Virus record (IMG/VR): IMGVR_UViG_3300025372_000001
Reading direction: 5' to 3' (one strand)
DNA: 64,000 nucleotides
DNA from: a virus
Lineage: Duplodnaviria; Caudoviricetes
Part shown: piece by piece, positions 56,601 to 64,000 of the stretch
Numbering within the stretch: position 1 is the first letter of the stretch
Layout of the letters: each line of letters begins with the position of its first letter
The notes under the pieces: generated by a model
What the model saw: the letters and a program-made list of their open reading frames with translations, nothing else
What the model was told of the DNA's origin: nothing
Databases searched by the model: none
Made by a program: the position numbers and the translations under genes

Positions 56601-57490
56601 ATTCAGATGTGTTGAATTATATTCACCAAAGAGCAGACAAGTATTGTAATTCATACATTCCCCAATGTTATTCTAATTGTCAAGATTTTAGTATTTGTGG
56701 ATGTGGGAATTTCTGTGAACCGGCAAAGAATGGTGTTACGGCAACTAATATTCCAGTTGATATAACATTGAATACGGAACTATCAGGTATTCCTGTTTTT
56801 ATTAATTATTATGCACGGAATGCATTTAATTTAAATTTCTCTGTAAGAGATTTGGCAAGTGGTGCAACATATGTTCCTCCTATTTCTGGATTATTAGCAA
56901 AAGCAGTTGCTCCTTGGAATAATCTTCTAAATGATAAATCGGCCCAATTCTTATATAAACAAATTGATGATAACCTAGTTACTCATAAACAATTAGGATT
57001 AATGCTTCCTACTAAATTAGGTATAGGAAAGTATGAACTTCATGATGCAATGGCAGAACAAGGTATCAGTACGAATGTAATTGATCCATTTAGATTGAAT
57101 CGATTTGATGATCCATTTAATCCTGTTCAAATCAATTCAAGAAAATTAAGAAATAATTTAGGAACACCTGTTCTTAATAAGAGACAAACCTATCATCCTT
57201 ATACAATTGCATCAACAGATATTACTCCAATATCAGGATGTTTGTTGGATTGGCAAACAGATATATTTGGTAATCAATACTTTTTAAGTAATGGATGTAA
57301 TGGTAATATTGGATCATTAAATGTTAAAGATATGGATGGAAATCTATATGGAGCAACGGATTATCTTTCTGAGATTTATAACAAATATATTTCTATTTCT
57401 TTTGGTTCCAGTGTTCCTCCTGGTGGATTGCTTACTGAAAATGGTTATCATTTAATAACAGAAGATGGGTATATTATCATTCTTGGCTAG
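53663..57490 (+). CDS. Large baseplate/tail-associated structural protein (1275 aa)
   Basis: Between gp6 and portal; beta-rich with Cys clusters; C-terminal LLTENG..LITEDG motif. Confidence 0.6.
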   Translation: MASIVLRKIAQPQQISNGDVLNLPTPLNYKEWLSQHVAIIPNDAQKQYEQYLSTYYNNKNTVNQTQVNNLKKDYLTLIQKLSNIFKYDETFQRYANIDLSSDIELKIAIPYYAKKLKELAVYYINHREAIKQNKIEYASIGSEFGLERFLYRNLLQLFTKKPFSEDGLYATNSPDLSAINDNFKITIEELYDITNYAETTPLDINPLLCVLDGYVSNICTQLSEITNDNSGPLESIFLCESENLSYSELVKAGWEKYLGTDLYYVSGGGYYYNNLDVSLALENGDNFFYWFSGENVNEIPDGRYNDVSLSALNWSNATASGSFSSSDLIFVNYGNIKTEAAWLMSAANITVNATMSATISNGREFKFPYPGIGLSAEGGEWTGRLLNDSYLQDKRFFPNEVSYEDNQKQIEQLYWNASLTNSAVVPISIQNLNLEESGAYASNKFQTADKLLIRSNTAPYSIDDSTPNGVYTGNIDLAWLYKFNQTQIPIFKGNNNVYYPLTAFDSLSDLYFEYESGDDLALSAIPVNEAFSGAIAGEEVSTADMLIKLKAPCGPEIEAAWLKGVPLSYSQNIFLNDYVCGVNQLVQYYTNWHYVSGVTQPGIAFIVDNGSYVRFVWAGENIDINQVRGFTGFVHDSSCPYIQQDFNSSILDVNFLTVNDTTRYEKWKKCTCKACYYSPMGHRLNSLTVRGVTPDFIVPDTQQDKDFNLVDWRGNDGLPYQTSSDLIRFQPNNLIEQDIGWSEGQWVRPSTNKFILETGKSYIYYRTNLDSCNYTLPPFIINQGYSNSLIKTSDCSIINSVPVWYKATQDSNGNWIDTGLVSDMNLQSGTFFKYVHQDSYKVTKQKLYYNKTDITPISGNYITVFRDDPNISYQQVSFSSPAVDFLIKIPLKNNKGYWGTASYDSKDSLLQRSTNDNRPVNDYLQLTQPIPSNLTLSEQTVVRYELSNCNNCFTWVQPVLLQVASPYMHWNRIDMDNCVYSDVLNYIHQRADKYCNSYIPQCYSNCQDFSICGCGNFCEPAKNGVTATNIPVDITLNTELSGIPVFINYYARNAFNLNFSVRDLASGATYVPPISGLLAKAVAPWNNLLNDKSAQFLYKQIDDNLVTHKQLGLMLPTKLGIGKYELHDAMAEQGISTNVIDPFRLNRFDDPFNPVQINSRKLRNNLGTPVLNKRQTYHPYTIASTDITPISGCLLDWQTDIFGNQYFLSNGCNGNIGSLNVKDMDGNLYGATDYLSEIYNKYISISFGSSVPPGGLLTENGYHLITEDGYIIILG

Positions 57491-57504
57491 AAATAAGTAA
57501 GGTT

Positions 57505-58197
57505 ATGTACAACTTATATTCGGCATTATCGAGCACTTCTCCTGATTACGGTATCACCAATGTCAAGGTATTTTATGACACTTTGATGACAGGATTGAAA
57601 TGTAAAGACGATGATACTGATCAATCTTATTATGGTCATTTATTATTCGATAAAATCAATTTCAGTTATACTGATGGCGTTTTACAATCAAATAAATCAA
57701 TCGTCATTAATCTTGGTTTAGAAAGTTCCAATCTATTTCCTTACACTGGAAATGGATTAATTGATGTTTCTTTTGATCAAGAAGATAAAGAAGTGTTAAT
57801 TTTTACTTTGTCAGCTTCTTTGAATTCTTTTGTTCCCTTGATTTATTCTTATAATATCAATGAGCATTCTTTGAAATTGACTTATCCTAATACTGATGAT
57901 GGGACAATGTGGGGGCAATCAACATTAGGTAATCCTATTTCTGCTATTGGTCCTTTACTTTCTATTTCAGATAATATTGCTGATGTTTTGGTGGAAACTC
58001 AAATAGGCGGTTATCCTATATTAAATGTTTTAACTTTTGATATATTAAATACTCCTTCTTTAATCAATTATTCTAAGTATAGTATTCCCCTGAATCTAAA
58101 CTTCAATATTAAGAAGATACAAAGAGTGAATAATGAGTTACATTTCTATGCAGATAATAATCATAACCTTATCCCGTTCAAAATACCTGATAAATAA
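57505..58197 (+). CDS. Probable virion structural protein
   Basis: Located in the late structural cluster. Confidence 0.55.
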   Translation: MYNLYSALSSTSPDYGITNVKVFYDTLMTGLKCKDDDTDQSYYGHLLFDKINFSYTDGVLQSNKSIVINLGLESSNLFPYTGNGLIDVSFDQEDKEVLIFTLSASLNSFVPLIYSYNINEHSLKLTYPNTDDGTMWGQSTLGNPISAIGPLLSISDNIADVLVETQIGGYPILNVLTFDILNTPSLINYSKYSIPLNLNFNIKKIQRVNNELHFYADNNHNLIPFKIPDK

Positions 58198-58202
58198 ATT
58201 AT

Positions 58203-60926
58203 GTGGTATTATCTTCTGTCAACATAGAATCATTTGCATCTAGAGTTCAACCTTTAATCCTTTCGTACGTAAACGAAGGTAAACAGATCATTGTACCTGC
58301 CCAAGCAAATACCTCCTTAACTACCCTTTCTTCTTATTTCAATATCAAAGACATTGAAATCACGGATAACAGTGTTTCTTTTTTAACTGATAATATTAGT
58401 TTAACTTCTCTAATAAATGATGGGTTCAATCAATCGAAGGAAACATTGAACTCTTATTTTATAAGAGCATTTAGTGATTTATCTGATTATGATGTAGATA
58501 TTCGGTCTGCAAATGAAACCTTGAATCAATACATGATAACAAGTCCACTATCTTCTGAATTGTTATTCAATATTGTTCCATTGAAGACAGAACAAGGAAC
58601 TAATGAAGAACAAGGTTTTTCTCCCACTTTTAGAAATTATAAAACGTTACAATTTAGTAAAGCGCCTAATGCAGATAATGAGGACTTATATATGGAATAT
58701 AAATCTTGTTATGTTCCTGTTAATGTTGCCTCTGATGACATAGTATCAATTATTGTATCAGGAAGTAATATTAATGTTCCTGTTAGTTCAATGGGATTAA
58801 TTGAATCAGGGGCAATTGGAGGGAATCAACCGTTAAATTCTGATGTAATTTATCTCAATCGAAATTCGATCAAAAATAGTACTAATGGATTACCTTTATG
58901 TTTATGGTTATCAGGTAGTTCGGTGCTTCAGGGATTTCCTAAACAATGGATGGAAAGATGGTATGATCCTAATAATATTACACAAGGGAATGCATTTATT
59001 GCACCAGTTAATACTTCTAGATTTGGTCCAGTTATTGATATTCCTTCTACTACTAATATTAAAAGTGGAGACGTATTAACTTATAATAGATTAGGCCCGG
59101 CACGAAATAAATCTTATTTAGATTATATTTCTGATACTCAAAGTTGTCATATTTCATCTTGGGGACAAACCTTTAAAGATACGGTTAATGATGTTGCAGG
59201 TTTCGTTGAAGGAACCTATAATTACAATTCCCCTGAATTGATTTTAGATGGTTCGGTTCATGGTCATATTCCTCCTAATGATCAATTATTGAAGGATTAT
59301 AATTTTACTACTTCTTTCTGGGTGCATAAGGATGATTGGTCTTTTGGTCCTGATGCACAAATCTTTGGAAATTTCTCTAATTTTGAAGGATATAGTATCA
59401 ATTACAGTACAGGTGGAACAACTAGCTTAATCACCTTTCCTGCCAACAATGGAATGATCTATGGTTTCAACCATAAAGGATATAAAATATTTGAAAAAGA
59501 TTTAAATAAAAGTCTTGGTTTAGAAAATGCTTATATTTCTCATATCGTTACCGATTTCTTCGGAGCAAGATGGTTACATGATTCTTTCAATAATAAATTA
59601 ATAAAATTGGAATCCGATGATTTATTAAGTAATATCATTGATCTTCCTGTTGGAGCAAATATCAAAACTATGAAGCTTAATAAAGCTAATCAAGTAGTTT
59701 TATTGAATTCCCAATCACATACTATTTCTGCCATTGATCAAAATGGTAATCTTGCCAACTCTTATTTCATTTCCCCGCAATTCAATAACTTTGAAATTCT
59801 TGGAAACAATACCATTAAAACTTCTATTGCAGATAATATGTTATGTGATAATAACAATATTGTTTATAAAAATATTGGAAGTAATATCTATAAAAATGAT
59901 AAAATGTTTTTCCATGTAGGAAAAAAGATTAATTGTATGCGATTTGATTTAGCTAATAATCTTTGGATATTATATGATAACAATAAGTTATTAACTATTT
60001 CTCCTAATCAGAAGTTAGGTTTACAGATGACATTACCGTTGATTTTTAATGAAACTTCTTTTGAAATGAATTTCGTTAAAGAGATTATTAACGGACAAGA
60101 ACAAGATATACTTTGGATCGTTTGTAATGTTAATCGTTATATTCTTAAGATTAATTCCAATGGAGAAATTATTAAGAGGATTGATTTGAATAAAGTGGTT
60201 AATTTGAATAAATGTAATCCTTTTGGATTAACGACTCAAGGTGATTTTACTGATTATGATATAAGAAGAAAGTATGAAAGGATGGATAATGGACAAAGTA
60301 TATCGACTAATAATCCTGCCTTTGCAGTGAAGATGAATTTGGTTTGTGGGAATAATACAGAGTTTTTTGAAATGTTTCATCCGGTTGATAATTTAAGAGG
60401 ATGGATTCATTTTGCATTAACGCATGAAATCATTAATAATCAAACAGTTATCAGATTATTCATTAATGGAATGGAAAGATTGACAAAGATTTTTTCAAAT
60501 ATTAAAAAGGTTAATTTTGGAACAAAGGTTTCTCCATTTATCATTGGAGGAACAAGTGGCAAACTTGGTGCAAACAATTTGGAACGTTCAATCAGTAATG
60601 AATACTTTGTTGGTAAATTTGATGATTTAAGAATTCATCAAAAGGTCTTATCTCCTTTTGAAATTTTATCACTTGCTAATAATTTACATTATGATTATTG
60701 GAACGATTTTATCATGTATATGCCGACTAATCAATATACATGTTTAGAAAAAATTAGATTCTTTCATATGAACAGACCACCTGGACATAAATCAAATAAA
60801 TTTAATTTAAAAATTACCGGATTTAGTGATCCGACTATTCAAAATAGTATTCGTCAATACATTTTAACAAATATTAATAAACTGAAACCTGCTCATACAG
60901 TTTTAAACGAAATAATCTTTGAATAG
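58203..60926 (+). CDS. Baseplate protein with a LamG/ConA-like domain, beta-propeller-like repeats and a C-terminal KPAHT
   Basis: FTTSFWV, WIHFAL, LFING, F.GKFDDLRI...LS..EI; KPAHT ending typical of baseplate wedge proteins. Confidence 0.65.
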   Translation: MVLSSVNIESFASRVQPLILSYVNEGKQIIVPAQANTSLTTLSSYFNIKDIEITDNSVSFLTDNISLTSLINDGFNQSKETLNSYFIRAFSDLSDYDVDIRSANETLNQYMITSPLSSELLFNIVPLKTEQGTNEEQGFSPTFRNYKTLQFSKAPNADNEDLYMEYKSCYVPVNVASDDIVSIIVSGSNINVPVSSMGLIESGAIGGNQPLNSDVIYLNRNSIKNSTNGLPLCLWLSGSSVLQGFPKQWMERWYDPNNITQGNAFIAPVNTSRFGPVIDIPSTTNIKSGDVLTYNRLGPARNKSYLDYISDTQSCHISSWGQTFKDTVNDVAGFVEGTYNYNSPELILDGSVHGHIPPNDQLLKDYNFTTSFWVHKDDWSFGPDAQIFGNFSNFEGYSINYSTGGTTSLITFPANNGMIYGFNHKGYKIFEKDLNKSLGLENAYISHIVTDFFGARWLHDSFNNKLIKLESDDLLSNIIDLPVGANIKTMKLNKANQVVLLNSQSHTISAIDQNGNLANSYFISPQFNNFEILGNNTIKTSIADNMLCDNNNIVYKNIGSNIYKNDKMFFHVGKKINCMRFDLANNLWILYDNNKLLTISPNQKLGLQMTLPLIFNETSFEMNFVKEIINGQEQDILWIVCNVNRYILKINSNGEIIKRIDLNKVVNLNKCNPFGLTTQGDFTDYDIRRKYERMDNGQSISTNNPAFAVKMNLVCGNNTEFFEMFHPVDNLRGWIHFALTHEIINNQTVIRLFINGMERLTKIFSNIKKVNFGTKVSPFIIGGTSGKLGANNLERSISNEYFVGKFDDLRIHQKVLSPFEILSLANNLHYDYWNDFIMYMPTNQYTCLEKIRFFHMNRPPGHKSNKFNLKITGFSDPTIQNSIRQYILTNINKLKPAHTVLNEIIFE

Positions 60927-60970
60927 ACGATGGTAATTGTTTAGATAATTTAATCTAATAAATAAATTGA

Positions 60971-63214
60971 ATGAACAGTATAGATCGTTATATAGGAGAA
61001 TTGCCTTTTGTCAAATCATTATTTGGAGATAATGATGTTCAGCAATTGAATAACAAATATAATATTTTCAATGGTCCAAGTGTAACCAAAGAGAAGCAAA
61101 TTCAACGGTTATCTGTTACTAATCAATATGACACTCAAATGGAATATACTACTAATGGTGGTCGAATTCCTAATTTATTTTACCATCAATTGATGAGTGG
61201 CATTAGCTCCGAAAACAAGAAACGTAGAATTCTTGATTTTCGTAGTATGGGACAATATCCTAAAGTAGAAAGTGCTATTCGTGAAATTTGTAATGAAATG
61301 TTTGAACGAGATGATAAAGGAGAAATCTTCAAATGTAGGCTTCGCGAGAATTACAATGACGAAGTTCGTTCTCTAATTGAAAAAGAATTCCAAAAGTTTC
61401 TACATGTTTATAGGTTTGAAGACAGAGGTTGGCAATATATGCGCGATTGGCTCATTGAAGGCGAATTATTCTTCGAGAATATTGTATCTTCTAAACAAAC
61501 CGAATTAGGTATTATTGGTGTTACAAGAATTGCATCAGAACGTATTGATCCATTGTATTATGATATGGATAATGAGTTGATTGATTGTTTTATTATGCGA
61601 GCAAAAGAACATGATGATTATCCTTATCAATGGGGAAAATTCACTGCTCAAAGTTCAGTTGGAGCAGGAAGACAACATCAACCTATTTTCTTAAATGATA
61701 AACAATTAACTTATATCTATAACGATGAATGGGAAACTACTGGAAAGAAATTTCGCATTCCTATTCTTTCTCATGCCCAAGGTCCGTATAGACAACTAAG
61801 TCTTATTGAAGATGCAACAGTTATCTACATGCTTGTAAGAGCACCGGAAAGACTTGTATTTAATATTGATACGGGAAATCTTCCTGCTCCTCAAGCAGAA
61901 CGTTATCTAAAGAGAATGATGGCAAGTTTCTGGACAAAAAAAACTGTTGGACAAGACGGAAGAGTAGAAAACGTTTATGATCCACAAGGAATGGTTGAGA
62001 ACTATTGGTTTCCTAAAAGTAAAGATGGAACAGGTTCAACCGTTTCTAGTATTGGCGGCGGAAAACAATCAGCAGATAATTTAGATACTTTAAACTATTT
62101 TGTTCAATGTTTATATAATGCCCTTCATGTGCCCCTTGGCCGATTAAACTCTGATACGGCATTCAGTGATGGAGAAAATATCTCAAGAGAAGAACTACGT
62201 TTTGCTGAATTCATCATTACAATGCAAAAACTTTGGGCAAGTGCTATTAAGAAATCTTTCATTGTTCATCTTAAACTTCGCGGTAAACGCCTCTTAGATC
62301 AAGCCAAGAAATATAAAGTAAATGACATCAAAGTCCCTAATAAGGATAATTCAAATGCCAAAGAGTCTATTAAAGTTTCTTCCGTGTTTAAAGATAATTT
62401 CAATAATAAATGTTGGGATTATTATGATATTCTTAGCGAAGCAGTTAATGATAAAATGAAAGCAACGAAAGAATCATTATTGGCAGAACAAGAAAAACAT
62501 TACGAACGTCTGGAAATTATTGAAGAAGAACTCAAAGGTTTGGGAACACAATTATTAACCGAATCTGATGAATTATTAACTAAAACTATTAATGATAGTA
62601 CAGTTAGATTGACAGAAGAGCAAGAACAAGTTGCAAAGACATTAGAGTTCATTGATGGAAAGATTAAAGAGATTGATGATGAAGGAGTTAGTTGGTGGGA
62701 ACAATATGATATTCAGGAAGAAGATTTAGATGTTAAGATGAATGAGCCGACACAGTTCTTTCAAATTAGAGAACAACAAATCTTTCAACAAAGACTGGAC
62801 AATTATACCACTATTGCTTCTCAAGATTTCATTAGTGCAACGTATGCACAAAAGATGTGGTTTGGTATGAGTGATGAAGAAATTCTTGCTAATAGATCAT
62901 TGATGCAAAGAGATGCTGCATTTAGATGGGAACTTGCTCAAATTGAAGCTAATGGTCCTGACTTCCGTGAGAAGGCTCTTCAGGAAATGGAGAACACTAT
63001 GGAAGGTGGCGGAGACTTAGGAGGTCCATTAGGCGGAGGCGGATTACCTAGCGGTGGTGGAGGCGATACAAGTCTTCCTGAATTTGGTTCACCTCCTGAA
63101 GGAGATAAAGAAGGCGGAGAATCTGGTGGAAAAGAAGGAGGCGAACTTCCTGCACAAAAATCAGAAGCAGGAGAGAAAACCGCATCACCGCCTCCGCCCC
63201 CTCCGAATAAATAA
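60971..63214 (+). CDS. gp20: Portal protein, T4 gp20-like, with an apparent internal insertion
   Basis: FRSM..YP.V..AI.EI.NE, EDA.VIY.L.RAPER.VF.IDTGNLP, ENYW.P, ALHVP..RL, ISREEL.F.EFI. Confidence 0.95.
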   Translation: MNSIDRYIGELPFVKSLFGDNDVQQLNNKYNIFNGPSVTKEKQIQRLSVTNQYDTQMEYTTNGGRIPNLFYHQLMSGISSENKKRRILDFRSMGQYPKVESAIREICNEMFERDDKGEIFKCRLRENYNDEVRSLIEKEFQKFLHVYRFEDRGWQYMRDWLIEGELFFENIVSSKQTELGIIGVTRIASERIDPLYYDMDNELIDCFIMRAKEHDDYPYQWGKFTAQSSVGAGRQHQPIFLNDKQLTYIYNDEWETTGKKFRIPILSHAQGPYRQLSLIEDATVIYMLVRAPERLVFNIDTGNLPAPQAERYLKRMMASFWTKKTVGQDGRVENVYDPQGMVENYWFPKSKDGTGSTVSSIGGGKQSADNLDTLNYFVQCLYNALHVPLGRLNSDTAFSDGENISREELRFAEFIITMQKLWASAIKKSFIVHLKLRGKRLLDQAKKYKVNDIKVPNKDNSNAKESIKVSSVFKDNFNNKCWDYYDILSEAVNDKMKATKESLLAEQEKHYERLEIIEEELKGLGTQLLTESDELLTKTINDSTVRLTEEQEQVAKTLEFIDGKIKEIDDEGVSWWEQYDIQEEDLDVKMNEPTQFFQIREQQIFQQRLDNYTTIASQDFISATYAQKMWFGMSDEEILANRSLMQRDAAFRWELAQIEANGPDFREKALQEMENTMEGGGDLGGPLGGGGLPSGGGGDTSLPEFGSPPEGDKEGGESGGKEGGELPAQKSEAGEKTASPPPPPPNK

Positions 63215-63218
63215 TTAA

Positions 63219-64000
63219 ATGAATAATATTGTTCCAGAAGGTTTCGGAAGCACTTATCTAAGTCCGCGTATCAATAACTATGCGGACTTAGTTTATCGTA
63301 CTAAACAGTTACTTGGTTTTCCTGTCCAAAACGACGAACTTACTGATACTCAATGGGCAACTATTATTGATGAAGCATTAGAAAATTACACCGCGCAGGG
63401 CGCGGGTGCAAAAGAAGAATACTTAATATTTTGTGCAAACAAATATATTGCAGGTTGCGGAGTTAAATTAGATGATCTTGTTAATGTCGGCTGCAATCAA
63501 CAATATTGTAACCAAGTAACAGTTGTTTCTGCCGTCACTTCTCTTGTCACCACTTTTGATCTAATTGATACAAAGTCTGCATATCTATCCGTTACACCTT
63601 TTTCTTATCCTACTACATTAGATGTTAACAACCCTTACAGTTTAGCATATAGTGCAGTTAGTGGACAATATATGTATTTGTATTTCGATCCCAGAAATCC
63701 TTGGAACGCTAATACTGTTTGTAATCTGGATTGTGTTCAATTAAATCCTATTAATTCTGCATGGTATAAACTAAGTGCTAATCATAATTTATCAGCAACT
63801 AGATTTGATTTCGTTGATGATAGTATTTTAAATCCTTTATTGTCGGCATTATCAGGTAATTTACCCATGCCCTGGAATAATGTTCCCCTGAGTTCAATGG
63901 GAAATTTATTGTCGGCTGTTCCTATTTCTTATTACGACTTGTCGGCATTTTATCCCACTAATTTATTATACGGTCCACCTTTAGAAGCATGTATTAATAT
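63219..64000 (+). CDS. gp13: Neck protein, T4 gp13-like (partial, runs off the window)
   Basis: L..R.K..LG.PV...EL...Q....IDEALE.Y; frame open to the window end; TAAATA 5 nt upstream. Confidence 0.7.
   Translation, partial: MNNIVPEGFGSTYLSPRINNYADLVYRTKQLLGFPVQNDELTDTQWATIIDEALENYTAQGAGAKEEYLIFCANKYIAGCGVKLDDLVNVGCNQQYCNQVTVVSAVTSLVTTFDLIDTKSAYLSVTPFSYPTTLDVNNPYSLAYSAVSGQYMYLYFDPRNPWNANTVCNLDCVQLNPINSAWYKLSANHNLSATRFDFVDDSILNPLLSALSGNLPMPWNNVPLSSMGNLLSAVPISYYDLSAFYPTNLLYGPPLEACIN

Larger units (their letters stand above)
43189..63213. promoter_or_regulatory. T4-late-like TAAATA promoters upstream of late genes
   Basis: Plus strand: 51334, 51867, 53651, 58191, 60959, 63208; minus strand: upstream of 43181, 45425, 46525, 48683, 50539, 50839, 51312. 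Confidence 0.75.

Noticed and set aside
62285-62695. Intein in the portal
   Set aside because: There is no Cys/Ser start, no His-Asn end and no LAGLIDADG blocks.

Overview
This is an AT-rich fragment of a large T4-related tailed dsDNA phage, probably a jumbo myovirus, read with genetic code 11. The host cannot be identified from this window. (1) 1-41.8 kb is an all-plus-strand early/accessory region of about 100 mostly small ORFs. It is driven by more than 40 sigma70-type promoters (TTGACA, mostly 16-bp spacer, TAnnnT), many of which sit 5-8 nt upstream of the ATG with no Shine-Dalgarno. It carries an amidoligase plus class II glutamine amidotransferase pair, a Zn-deaminase, a solo RuvB-like ATPase, a membrane-anchored glucosaminidase, a PspA/IM30 (bacterial ESCRT-III) module among membrane proteins, a receiver domain with Asp replaced by Glu, a DenV-like glycosylase, pentapeptide and Cys-rich repeat proteins, DUF932, and three tRNAs. 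One tRNA is a non-canonical CAU tRNA with an 8/4 stem arrangement and a long variable arm. (2) 41.8-42.3 kb is a non-coding, palindrome-rich convergence zone. (3) 42.3-64 kb is a late region with TAAATA (T4-late-like) promoters just upstream of starts. It includes a minus-strand cluster of enzymes-like proteins (zincin, GNAT-like, ART-fold, and a polyprotein ending in a cysteine hydrolase) that share an N-terminal motif resembling the T4 capsid-targeting sequence. It also encodes baseplate proteins (gp25, gp6, large wedge proteins), a portal (gp20) with an apparent ~137-aa insertion, and the start of a gp13-like neck protein. All family assignments come from motifs read by eye; no database searches were run.
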